Shown here: piece after piece, positions 1-8,995 of the stretch
How the letters are laid out: every line of letters starts with the position of its first letter
Numbering within the stretch: the stretch's first letter is position 1
The notes under the pieces: generated by a model
Seen by the model: only the letters and a program-made list of their open reading frames with translations
Database searches by the model: none
What the model was told of the DNA's origin: nothing
Program-made: the position numbers and the translations under genes
Assembly: GCA_965200965.1 (NCBI GenBank)
Contig: OZ241744.1
Coordinates: 2,112,001 to 2,176,000 of the forward strand
Reading direction: 5' to 3'
DNA: 64,000 bases
Source of the DNA: an uncultured Candidatus Binatia bacterium
GTDB lineage: Bacteria; Desulfobacterota; Binatia; Bin18

Positions 1-246
1 CTTGCCGCCGAACGGGGAATCAGACGGGTGTTGCTGGTCACCTCGGGGTGGCACATGCCGCGCTCCGTAGCCACCTTCAGGCGGGTAGGGCTGGACGTGA
101 TCCCGGCCACGACCGACTCCCCCCGTTTGCCCCCAAGGCCCTGGATTTTCGCAATCATTCCCAGCGTCTACTCCCTGTCAAACAGCTCCCAGGCCCTCAG
201 GGAACACCTGGGCCTCCTGGTGTACCGTCTGCGCGGCTGGGCCTGA
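1..246 (+). CDS. YdcF/ElyC (DUF218) family protein, 3' end (truncated by window edge)
   Basis: Frame open from base 1: LAAERGIRRVLLVTSGWHMPRS...REHLGLLVYRLRGW. LVTS-x-x-HM-x-R and the C-terminal RE-x-LG are DUF218 signatures. Confidence 0.8.
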   Translation, partial: LAAERGIRRVLLVTSGWHMPRSVATFRRVGLDVIPATTDSPRLPPRPWIFAIIPSVYSLSNSSQALREHLGLLVYRLRGWA

Positions 247-275
247 GCGTGGCACTCCATGACACCGCCGCCCGC

Positions 276-623
276 TTATGACGGGTTCTCGTAGAAGACA
301 TACGAGGTCGAATAATCGCTGAACTCGAAGTAGACTTTCGCCTCACCCGCGTCACGCACACCGTTCAGATTCACGTCAAGCACGCCATAGCCAAAGCGGT
401 ACGGTCGGGGCCGGCTGTCGTCGGTCCCGGTTGCGGTTGAGATCTTGTCAATTTCAAGAAAGCGCTTGACCAGCTTCTCACCGGCATAAATCTCCAGCAC
501 GCCGTCGGTCCCGGTCCAGTTCTGGACCGCCCGGCCGAACTTGTTCTGGGCCTCCTGGGTACACGACGCGCCGAACAGGGCGAGGCCGGCAAACGCGATA
601 AGGTTCAGCAGTGCATGTCTCAT
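276..623 (-). CDS. Hypothetical lipoprotein
   Basis: Signal peptide ending in lipobox-like FGAS-C; host-like codon usage. Confidence 0.65.
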   Translation of the reverse strand: MRHALLNLIAFAGLALFGASCTQEAQNKFGRAVQNWTGTDGVLEIYAGEKLVKRFLEIDKISTATGTDDSRPRPYRFGYGVLDVNLNGVRDAGEAKVYFEFSDYSTSYVFYENPS

Positions 624-752
624 GGGTCTTCCTCTGGCGGTTCGCCACCAAGTCTAGCCCAAGCCGGCTCGGAAACCAAGACCGCGCGCCCGGAAAATGC
701 CGCTTGCCCTTGACCCGTCTGAGGCGACAGGGCATATGTCTTTCACCTGGGA

Positions 753-1649
753 TTGTCAGACACCGTGGACGAGCTGATTCAAAAAGCCGATACGCTGCTT
801 GAGGCGCTGCCGTATATGCAGCGCTTCTCCGGGAAGACCCTGGTCATCAAGTATGGCGGCCACGCCATGCAGGACGAAGACCTCAAGCGCCATTTTGCCC
901 AGGATATCGTGCTGCTCAAATTTGTCGGCATAAATCCGGTGGTCGTCCACGGCGGGGGTCCCCAGATTGAGCGCATGCTGAGCAGGCTGGACATCCGCTC
1001 AACGTTTGTGCGCGGGATGCGTGTCACCGACGCCGCCACCGTGGAAGTGGTGGAGATGGTCCTGGGCAAGCTCAACAAAGACATTGCGACCCAGATCAGT
1101 CGCCAGGGCGGCAGAGCGGTCGGTCTGAGCGGCAAAGACGGGGATATGATTGTGGCCCGCAAGATGTTCGTCACAACGGATGAAGACGGACAGCCGCCCC
1201 AGCGCCGCGATATCGGTCAGGTTGGAGCAGTCGTCGGCGTCAACCCCGAGCTGCTGCACTCCCTGACCACCGCGGATTTCATCCCTGTCATTGCCCCAAT
1301 CGGCAGTGGCCGAGACGGTACGACCTATAATATCAACGCCGATCTTGTCGCCGGAAAAGTCGCCCAGGCCCTCCAGGCCGAAAAGCTCATCCTGCTGACC
1401 GATGTCGAGGGGATTAAAGACCACAGGGGCGAGCTGATCTCCACCCTCGGCAGCGACCGGGCCACGGCCCTGATTGACCAGCGCACCATCAGCGCCGGCA
1501 TGATTCCCAAAGTCGAGTGCTGTCTTGAGGCGCTGCACGGCGGGGTGCGCAAGACCCATGTTATTGACGGCCGCGTCCGCCACGCCCTTCTGCTGGAGGT
1601 GTTTACCAGGGAGGGGGTCGGCACCGAGGTTGTCCGAAGCGGGGGATGA
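753..1649 (+). CDS. argB: Acetylglutamate kinase
   Basis: VIKYGGHAM, VVVHGGGPQI, GMRVTD, NINAD and GMIPKV motifs. Confidence 0.97.
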   Translation: MSDTVDELIQKADTLLEALPYMQRFSGKTLVIKYGGHAMQDEDLKRHFAQDIVLLKFVGINPVVVHGGGPQIERMLSRLDIRSTFVRGMRVTDAATVEVVEMVLGKLNKDIATQISRQGGRAVGLSGKDGDMIVARKMFVTTDEDGQPPQRRDIGQVGAVVGVNPELLHSLTTADFIPVIAPIGSGRDGTTYNINADLVAGKVAQALQAEKLILLTDVEGIKDHRGELISTLGSDRATALIDQRTISAGMIPKVECCLEALHGGVRKTHVIDGRVRHALLLEVFTREGVGTEVVRSGG

Positions 1650-2866
1650 TCACCTCGCCCGCTGTGCCGGAGGAACACATGACAAACCAGGACATCATCG
1701 ATCTGAACGCCCACTATCTGTGCCAGACCTACGCCCGTTTTCCGGTCGCCTTTGTCCGCGGTGAGGGCTGCCGGCTGTGGGACGCCAACGGCAAGGAGTA
1801 TCTGGACCTGTTTGCCAGCTTAGCCGTCATGAACCTCGGCCAGTGCCATCCGGCGGTGGTGCGGGCCGTTCAGGAGCAGGTCGCCAGCCTGACCCACATC
1901 TCCAACCTGCACCACACCCTCCCGCAGGCCCGGCTGGCCGAACTGCTGTGTCGCAACTCGTTTGGCGACAAGGTCTTTTTCTGCAACAGCGGGGCTGAAG
2001 CCAATGAGGCGTCGATCAAGCTGGCCCGCAAATACGGCGTGGAGAAACGCGACGGGCGCTACGAGATTCTGACCGTCTTCGGTTCGTTCCACGGGCGGAC
2101 GATGGCCACGATTGCCGCCACCGGTCAGGAAAAAGTCCGCCAGGGCTTCGGCCCGGTGCTGGACGGTTTTCGCTACGTCGCCTATGACGACCTCGAAGCG
2201 ATGGAAGCCGCGGTCTCGGACAAGACGGTCGCGATCCTGGTCGAACCCATTCTGGGTGAAGGCGGGGTCGTGGTCCCCCGACCGGGGTATCTGAAGGGCG
2301 TACGGGACATCTGCGACCGCCACGGCCTGCTGCTGATTGCCGATGAGGTGCAGGTCGGCATCGGTCGCACCGGTATCCTCTTCGCCCATGAGCGCGAGGC
2401 CACCCAGCCGGATATCATGCCCCTGGCCAAAGCCCTGGGCGGCGGCCTGCCTCTCGGCGCGATGGTCGCCCGGGCCGAGGTCGCCGAGCACCTGAACCTG
2501 GGCGCGCACGGCTCAACGTTCGGCGGCAACGCGGTGGCCTGCGCCGCCGGCGTGGCCGTACTGGATACCCTGCTGAACGCCGGCGTACTGGACAACTGCC
2601 GGCAGATGGGCGCGTACTTCCTGGACCAGCTCCACACCCTGCACGACACGTTTTCGTTCATCCGCGAGGTGCGCGGCCACGGGCTGATGCTGGGTGCCGA
2701 ACTGGACCGGGACGGCGCAGACATTGTCAAAGCCTGTCTTGACGAGGGGCTGCTGATTAACTGCGCCGCGGGAACAGTGCTGCGTTTTCTCCCCCCGCTC
2801 ATCATCAGCCGGGCCGAGATTGACGAGGGGCTGACGATTCTGAAGAGGGTGCTCGCCCGGCAATGA
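1646..2866 (+). CDS. argD: Acetylornithine aminotransferase (class III PLP)
   Basis: FFCNSGAEANE, SFHGRT, DEVQxGxGRTG, LAKALGGG, HGSTFGGN; arg operon context. Start may be the ATG at 1679. Confidence 0.95.
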   Translation: MITSPAVPEEHMTNQDIIDLNAHYLCQTYARFPVAFVRGEGCRLWDANGKEYLDLFASLAVMNLGQCHPAVVRAVQEQVASLTHISNLHHTLPQARLAELLCRNSFGDKVFFCNSGAEANEASIKLARKYGVEKRDGRYEILTVFGSFHGRTMATIAATGQEKVRQGFGPVLDGFRYVAYDDLEAMEAAVSDKTVAILVEPILGEGGVVVPRPGYLKGVRDICDRHGLLLIADEVQVGIGRTGILFAHEREATQPDIMPLAKALGGGLPLGAMVARAEVAEHLNLGAHGSTFGGNAVACAAGVAVLDTLLNAGVLDNCRQMGAYFLDQLHTLHDTFSFIREVRGHGLMLGAELDRDGADIVKACLDEGLLINCAAGTVLRFLPPLIISRAEIDEGLTILKRVLARQ

Positions 2867-3771
2867 AACGCGATCTGGTCAGCATCAGCGACCTTGAGCC
2901 GGCTGAGCTTGACACGATCTTCTCCCTGGCCCGGCGACTCAAGCGTGACCGCCAGGCCGGGCGGCCGCATCCGCTGCTGAGCGGGAAGACCCTGGCAATG
3001 ATCTTTGAGAAGCCCAGCCTGCGCACCCGGGTGACCTTTGAGGCCGGCATGGTGCAGCTCGGCGGCTATGCGGTGTATCTGGCCCGGTCAGACATCGGCC
3101 TTGGTACGCGCGAATCCCCGACCGACGTGGCCCGCAACCTGTCGCGCTGGGTCGATCTGATTATGGTCCGCACCTTCTCGCACGAGAGTGTGCTCGAACT
3201 CGCCCGCCAGGCGACGATCCCGGTTATCAATGGCCTGTCGGACCGTGTCCACCCGTGTCAGATTCTGGCCGACTGTCTGAGCCTGATCGAACAGCGCGGT
3301 CGGCTCGACGGGCTGCGCATCGCCTTTGTCGGCGACGGCCATAACATCGTCAACTCGTGGCTGAATGCAGCCGCCAAGCTGCCGATTGCCTTTCGGCTGG
3401 CCTGCCCGCCGGGCTATGAGCCGAACGCCGAGGTGCTGGCCGCGGCGCGGCAAGCCGGGGCCGACATCCAGATCAGCCACGCGCTGCACGACGCGGTGGC
3501 CGGGGCCGATGTCGTCTACACCGATGTGTGGACCAGCATGGGTCAGGAACAGGAGCGCGCGGCTCGCCAGCGGGCGTTCAGTCCCTACCAGGTCAACGCC
3601 GACACCCTGGCGCTGGCCAAGCCCGAGGCGCTGGTCATGCACTGCCTGCCGGCCCACCGAGGCCAGGAGATCAGCGCCGAGGTCCTGGACGGCCCGCAGT
3701 CCATCGTCCTTGAGCAGTCCGAAAACCGCCTGCACATCCAGAAAGCCATCATGGTCTGGCTGCTCCAGTAG
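2863..3771 (+). CDS. argF: Ornithine carbamoyltransferase
   Basis: FEKPSLRTR, HPCQ, DVWTSMGQE, HCLPAHRG, QSENRLH. Confidence 0.97.
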   Translation: MKRDLVSISDLEPAELDTIFSLARRLKRDRQAGRPHPLLSGKTLAMIFEKPSLRTRVTFEAGMVQLGGYAVYLARSDIGLGTRESPTDVARNLSRWVDLIMVRTFSHESVLELARQATIPVINGLSDRVHPCQILADCLSLIEQRGRLDGLRIAFVGDGHNIVNSWLNAAAKLPIAFRLACPPGYEPNAEVLAAARQAGADIQISHALHDAVAGADVVYTDVWTSMGQEQERAARQRAFSPYQVNADTLALAKPEALVMHCLPAHRGQEISAEVLDGPQSIVLEQSENRLHIQKAIMVWLLQ

Positions 3772-3782
3772 CCCCCGGTCCG
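3771..3782 (+). repeat. Left 12-bp direct repeat (att core or target duplication)
   Basis: GCCCCCGGTCCG starting at the last base of the argF TAG; identical copy at 8925-8936. Confidence 0.85.
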
Positions 3783-3852
3783 ACAGCACCCGGCACAAAA
3801 CAGCCCGTCTTGCACAGGAAAGCAGTATGCTGATAGATTGGCTTTAAGGATG

Positions 3853-3926
3853 AGGCCCCGGTGGGAATTGAACCCACAATAACCGCTTTGCAACAACGGA
3901 TGCCTTTACCAATGGGCGACGGGGCC
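3853..3926 (-). tRNA. Atypical tRNA(Cys)-like gene with ambiguous anticodon (GCA in a 9-nt loop or UGC in a 7-nt loop)
   Basis: Reverse complement: GGCCCCG TC GCC CATTGGTAAA GGC A TCCGTTGTTGCAAAGCGGT TATT GTGGG TTCAATT CCCAC CGGGGCC T. Perfect 7-bp acceptor stem, perfect T-arm, U8, D-loop GG, U73 discriminator; CCA not encoded. Confidence 0.85.
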
Positions 3927-3951
3927 AAAACGAAGTACGGCCTGCTGTGTG

Positions 3952-4587
3952 TCAGACAGCGGGCCGTACTGCTAGAAGTTCTCTCTTCTTCTTCGCATAA
4001 ACCCCCAATCGAACCCCTGCTGCCTTCCTTGACATCTCGAACGTTTTGGAAACGACAGTCGGCGATAGCCCCCCTCGCTCTTCAAGGATTGCGAGACCTT
4101 TAGCGGGAGCAAGCAAGGCGGAGGCAAAGGCATCTGCCTGCCATTCCGTATCCCGATACACGGGAAACTTTGGCCAACTGCCACGCATCAACGCCACCAT
4201 CTTCCTATGTGGAATTTCGGCGAGCTTGATGAGCAGGTCGGAGTGTAAAACGATGTGGCCGACCTCGTGCGCAAGAGTAAGACGCGCACGCGGGTTCTTG
4301 TGTTCCAGAGCCGAATATGTCTCCTCAGACAGTGTGACGATTATTTGCCGCTCACTTGGATCATACCGGGTCAGGGCTTCAACCCCGGCAGGTAACGGCT
4401 TGACCTGATAATCAAGCTGCACCCCACATCCAGCGGCGTAGGCATCGAGTTGCTCAAATAACGGTACGCCGGGGAGAGCTTCCGTTGGTTTGTTGACCGG
4501 CAGGAGAGCGGTCCTAGCCAGGGCCGCCGCTTCCTCGATATCCGCGTAACTGCGGGGAGAGGTTGGAAATCCAAGCTGTCTGCTCAC
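3952..4587 (-). CDS. ImmA/IrrE family Zn metallopeptidase
   Basis: RARLTLAHEVGHIVLH (HExxH), EWQADAFASALLAP, C-terminal HTH-like segment; start overlaps the XRE stop (GTGA). Confidence 0.9.
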   Translation of the reverse strand: MSRQLGFPTSPRSYADIEEAAALARTALLPVNKPTEALPGVPLFEQLDAYAAGCGVQLDYQVKPLPAGVEALTRYDPSERQIIVTLSEETYSALEHKNPRARLTLAHEVGHIVLHSDLLIKLAEIPHRKMVALMRGSWPKFPVYRDTEWQADAFASALLAPAKGLAILEERGGLSPTVVSKTFEMSRKAAGVRLGVYAKKKRELLAVRPAV

Positions 4588-4946
4588 TCTTCGATCCTCC
4601 TTTCTTCCCCCTTCAATACGCGCTCGATCTCTTCCAACTTCTCCGGTGACAGGTCTTCCCAGCTTCTCAGCAGCGAAGCTCCGACTTCTCGGTGTTTGGG
4701 CGTTGGTGTAGCTGAAAGCTCATATCTCCCTCTGCTCTGCTCTGCGGCGATGATGACATCAAACGGGTCTTGACCGAGGGCTTTCGCCGCTCTCTCCAAA
4801 ATCTCAACGCGGGGCGGCGGACGGTTGCCACGCTCAATGTCTGAGATGTACGGAATGCTGAGGTCGAGCTTGCGTGCAACATCTCCCATCGTCAGCCCCG
4901 CTTCCTTACGCCAGCGACGAAATTTGTGTCCGAATTCCTGGCTCAT
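4584..4946 (-). CDS. XRE-family helix-turn-helix repressor
   Basis: FGHKFRRWRKEAGLTMGDVARKLDLSIPYISDIERGNR; GGAGGAGG SD before the ATG at 4946. Confidence 0.92.
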   Translation of the reverse strand: MSQEFGHKFRRWRKEAGLTMGDVARKLDLSIPYISDIERGNRPPPRVEILERAAKALGQDPFDVIIAAEQSRGRYELSATPTPKHREVGASLLRSWEDLSPEKLEEIERVLKGEERRIEE

Positions 4947-4994
4947 AGCCTCCTCCCTCCTGTGGGTTATTCCAATCAACGTCTGTCTGAGCCC

Positions 4995-5022
4995 ATATTA
5001 CGCAATTCAGCGGAATTGTCAA
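4995..5022 (-). promoter_or_regulatory. Putative sigma70 promoter of xre-immA with a palindromic operator between the boxes
   Basis: Minus strand TTGACA-16 nt-TAATAT; inverted repeat CAATTC-AGCG-GAATTG at 5003-5018. Confidence 0.6.
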
Positions 5023-5139
5023 CATGGGTTGCCCCACATGATTTCTCGGTTTATGCTTCTGGGCCCCTCAGACAAGACAAGCTGGGGGAGACACCCGTGC
5101 TTTGGGCGGGAACAATTTCCTAGCCGTGTGAGGTTCAAA

Positions 5140-7677
5140 TTGCCTAAAAAGTCCAGAGGAACGACGAAGATTCAGAGCTACGCGGTTGATAAAGCGTCCG
5201 GCCAGCTCATCTCGGCTGGGGCAGAAGAGATCGACGCGACACAACCCCTGCTCGAAATACTCATCAACGAAGCCGGGTGGAAGCCGGCTCAGATTGTTTC
5301 TCGCCCGCGCCAATGGCGAGTGTCAGCTGCACCTTCTGGGAAGCGAATTTGGCCTGTTGACGTTGCCCTCTTCGATGCTCCGACATCCGCGCGTGATCCT
5401 GAACACCTCCGTATCATCTGCGAATGCAAACGGCCTGATGTTGATACAGGAATTGAGCAGCTGAAAATCTATCTTGATCGTGAACCCCACGCGCGGGCTG
5501 GCCTTTGGTTTAACGGTATTGAACACAAGATCGTTTACAAAACTGCTAATGGCTACGATCTCGCACCGGATGGCACACCGATCCCCACACCGACCGATCC
5601 ATTATCTTCTCTTGAGCACCGTGTCCTTACTTTTCCTGACCTGAAGCGTGCTCCTTCCCTAGTCCCTCTCTTTCGCCGTATCCGCGACCGGCTTGCGACC
5701 CTCGATAGAAATGTCAACAGAGACGAAGAGATTTTACCGGATATCTCGTTTCTTCTTCTTCTAAAAATCCGAGATGAGCAGGATCATCGTTTCACTCCAT
5801 CAAAGCCCTTGGCGTTCCAGATTGACGAGAATGTGTCTAGGACCGCGGAAAGAATAAAGGACTTGCTAGAAAATGAAATCAAAAAGAATGCTACGCTGTT
5901 TGGTGCAGAAGAAAGAGAAATTCGGTTTCAAATTGACGACGACAGTATCTATTACATTGTCGAGAATCTTCAAAACTTCCGGCTTCTTAGCAATGATAGC
6001 GACGCAGTAGCTCAGGCGTTCCAAGTTATCAGGGGAAAAGCATACAAGGGAGAAGAAGGGCAATATTTTACTCCCCCTTCTGTCGTTCGGATCGCTGTCG
6101 CAGCGGTATCTCCTGGACCCGAGGACCGCGTGATAGACCCAGCCTGTGGGAGCGGATCTTTTCTCGCAGCTTCTCTTAACAACGTTGTCGAGCGTTTGAA
6201 GGCCCATTATGGAACTGATGCTAGTTCCATCGCCCTTGCCCGGCGGGATTGGTCCACTACTCAACTTTTTGCCATAGACAAGGACGCTGTTTCAGTACGG
6301 CTGTCGAAAGCATACCTTTCAATGCTTGGGGACGGTAGCACTCATGTCTTTAAGGCTGACTCAATTCGCAAATCGGTATGGAGTTCCGCCCTTGATGCTA
6401 CCATTCAAGACGGAGCGTTTACTATCTGTGTCACTAATCCTCCTTTCGGGACAAGACTAAAAGTTCCGAGCCACATTTGTAGGCGGGAAGACTACGAACT
6501 TTCCCGTACTATGAAGCGAAATAAGATGACTGGTAAGTGGCGGCAAACCGGAGAGCACGAATCTCGGGATCTAGGGTTGCTTTTTCTTGAGCGGAGTATT
6601 CGTCTCCTTGCTGAGGGAGGGCAATTGGCCATTGTCCTCCCCGACACTTATCTTTTTTCAGATTCTTATGCGTGGCTTGTCCAATGGCTTGCTCAGTGGA
6701 AAATTACTCATTCTATCAATGTTCCAATTGAAACATTTGAACCACATTGTCGGGCAAAGACGAGCATCATCGTCCTTGAGAAGAACCCACCTCCAAAGAA
6801 TCACACCATTATCGGATCACTTTGCGAGACGTACGGAGAAGATAAGCATGGGAAGTCCCGATATAAAATTGTCAACGGGAGAGTGACCGAGGACATTGAT
6901 GACGAGATGCGGGAAGCCTCGGAGTTGATTCGTGATCCAACAGCACCCGTTTCAAAACTGAAATTCACTTTTTCTCAGAAGGAAGCCGTGGAACGTGGCG
7001 TCCTCGTGGCGTCGTTCTGGTGGAGAAAACCTTATCTTGAAGCCCTGAACGATTTCGCCAAGGCGAACGGTTGCGACCTAGTGCCACTGAGAGAAGCAAT
7101 TGACTGCGCGGACATCGAAATTCTGGAAGGACACGGAAGCCCCAGTTCCCATTACAAAGGAAAGGGAGAAGTTCCGTATGTCAAAGTGGTCGATATTAAG
7201 AATTGGCGTGTCAATGAGAATTCCAAGTATTTTATGCCTCGGCAGATTGCTGAAAGATACACCGCAAAACGTCCTCTCAAGCCCTATGATTTATTGACAC
7301 CCACAAGAGCAAGCAAGAATATCGGCCTTTTTGGCGTCGTTATGCCTTAGCAGACCGATATGATCCTAACACGGGAGATTTTTATCTGGCGATTAAAGGA
7401 TGAAGGAAAACTGCTGGACCGTTGGCTTTTCCTGGCACTTGCCTCATTGAAAGTTGTCCATGAGCAGTTCAAATACTTGGTACTGATGCAAATGAACAGA
7501 GAAGACCTTGGTAATCGGTACAGAGATCTCCTTCTACCCATTCCCAGAACCCCGAAAGCTCGGGAGAAATGGTCCGGGCCAATTCGGCGATATTTTGAAG
7601 CGCTCACACAAGCTCGGAAGACTTACGAGGAGATCGGAAAGGAACTCGACTCTTCAATGTTTGTAGATCGGCCATGA
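5140..7677 (+). pseudogene. Type IIG/type I-like fusion (PD-(D/E)xK nuclease + m6A MTase + TRD) interrupted by in-frame TAG at 7348-7350
   Basis: Likely TTG start at 5140 after GAGGT. VDVALFD...ECKRP, GQYFTP, DPACGSGSFL, NPPF. An HsdS-like TRD (GEVPYVKVVDI...IGLFGVVMP*QTD...LLLPIP) continues in the same frame to TGA 7677. Confidence 0.8.
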
Positions 7678-7750
7678 TAATCTGAATCAGAACTTTCTCT
7701 GTCGAAGAGAATGGCTGCCGTTGAGATACCAAACAGTTCAAGGACCTTGC

Positions 7751-8869
7751 TCATAACAGCGAAGCGCACCTTTCCTGCGCAAGTTCCAGGTATTCCCTGG
7801 AGATATCAATCCCGACCGACTTGCGGTTGAAATTTCTCGCTGCCAGCAGCGTCGTACCAGTCCCGCAGAAGGGATCAAGGACAACGCCAGTGGCGGGACA
7901 TGTCGCCAGGATGGGGATTTTGCACAGGTCTTCTGGATACGGAGCGAAGTGCAGACGCCGCTTTTGGGTGTCTTCCGGGATGATGTCCCACACATCCGCC
8001 GGCTTGCTGCCCCTGGGATGGTATCGCAGAAAGTAGAAACCCTTTTCCTTCAATTCCCTGGCTCTGCCGGACACCAGTTCGGAATCAGAGTGGGTTGTCC
8101 GCTGTTGGCCGCGAATGATCATACGAAAATCTGCCAGCTCTCCCTTCTCAATCGCGCGCAGCATCCCTTCAAGCTGGGTGAAAGCGGCCCGCCTTTCCTC
8201 TGCACTCAAGGCCGTTGAGAGCTCAATCTGACGCTTGTAGCGAACCCCGGAAACGCCCGTTGCAGACACCACCGCCCCTTTTCTGATCTTTGCCTTCTTT
8301 GGGTGAGAGCGGATGGCATCCACATCGTAGTAATAGCCCTTGGGGCTCTTCACAAAATGAAAAACGTTTTCATACACATTCCGCAGCTTGTCTGGGGCAG
8401 TGTCAGGGCCGCCTTTGACCTTGTTCCATATGACGCTGTTGCGGATAATCCAGCCCTGCTGATCTGACAGGGCAAAAGCCAGCCTCCAGGGAATCCCCAA
8501 CAAACCTTTTTTCTGATAGCTGTCTCCGATATTCAGCCAGAACGATCCGGCAGGCTTCAGTATCCGGCGCACTTCGCCGAAGACCTGGCACAGCCGGGCG
8601 ATGAACTCCTGAGGGCCTTGTTCGGCCCCGATCCCCCCATTCCGGTAGGCCCGTTGCCCCCAATACGGCGGGCTGGTCATACAGCAGTCAATCGTTTCGT
8701 CGGGAAGCTCCCTGAGCACTGCCACTGCGTCACCGAGCAGCAGCAGGGGGGAAGCGGTCCCGGTAGCGAGGTATGACAGGAGACGACTTCGGTATCCCGA
8801 CGAAATAAGGGGCAGGGATTCGCCCAACGGCAAGCCAGGACTGGATTGTTGCGCCCGAGATGTCGTCAC
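7751..8869 (-). CDS. Beta-class DNA methyltransferase (SPPY, probably m4C)
   Basis: TSPPYW precedes HFAPYPE and DPFCGTGTT. Likely GTG start at 8869 after GGAGGT; the ORF-track extension to 9178 overlaps argG and is spurious. Confidence 0.9.
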   Translation of the reverse strand: MTTSRAQQSSPGLPLGESLPLISSGYRSRLLSYLATGTASPLLLLGDAVAVLRELPDETIDCCMTSPPYWGQRAYRNGGIGAEQGPQEFIARLCQVFGEVRRILKPAGSFWLNIGDSYQKKGLLGIPWRLAFALSDQQGWIIRNSVIWNKVKGGPDTAPDKLRNVYENVFHFVKSPKGYYYDVDAIRSHPKKAKIRKGAVVSATGVSGVRYKRQIELSTALSAEERRAAFTQLEGMLRAIEKGELADFRMIIRGQQRTTHSDSELVSGRARELKEKGFYFLRYHPRGSKPADVWDIIPEDTQKRRLHFAPYPEDLCKIPILATCPATGVVLDPFCGTGTTLLAARNFNRKSVGIDISREYLELAQERCASLL

Positions 8870-8924
8870 AGCGGCCCTCACCTCCATATGTATAAGCACC
8901 ACCCCTGTTTGTACAGGAGGAGAT

Positions 8925-8936
8925 GCCCCCGGTCCG
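8925..8936 (+). repeat. Right 12-bp direct repeat
   Basis: GCCCCCGGTCCG identical to 3771-3782. Confidence 0.85.
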
Positions 8937-8965
8937 TTGTCTTGCCGGCCGCGGCGTGCTAGGCT
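8937..8965 (+). promoter_or_regulatory. Putative argG promoter directly outside the island
   Basis: TTGTCT-17 nt-TAGGCT with a TGn extended -10. Confidence 0.45.
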
Positions 8966-8995
8966 GCCGGTACTCCTGTGAGCGAGTGTTGTGCT

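Larger units (their letters stand above)
3771..8936. mobile_element. Integrase-less genomic island between argF and argG, bounded by a 12-bp direct repeat
   Basis: GCCCCCGGTCCG at 3771-3782 and again at 8925-8936. The interior is visibly more AT-rich, carries defence and regulator genes, and interrupts arg synteny. Confidence 0.85.

Noticed and set aside
3853-3926. The tRNA as the island integration site
   Set aside because: No duplicate of its 3' end was seen at the other boundary; the 12-bp repeats lie outside the tRNA.
4825-5139. N-terminal extension of the 841-aa ORF
   Set aside because: It overlaps xre and its promoter antisense; a TTG with SD at 5140 is the more plausible start.
3853-7350. 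The island tRNA as suppressor of the TAG in the R-M fusion
   Set aside because: Neither fold gives a CUA anticodon (the loop offers GCA or UGC), so direct amber suppression is unsupported.
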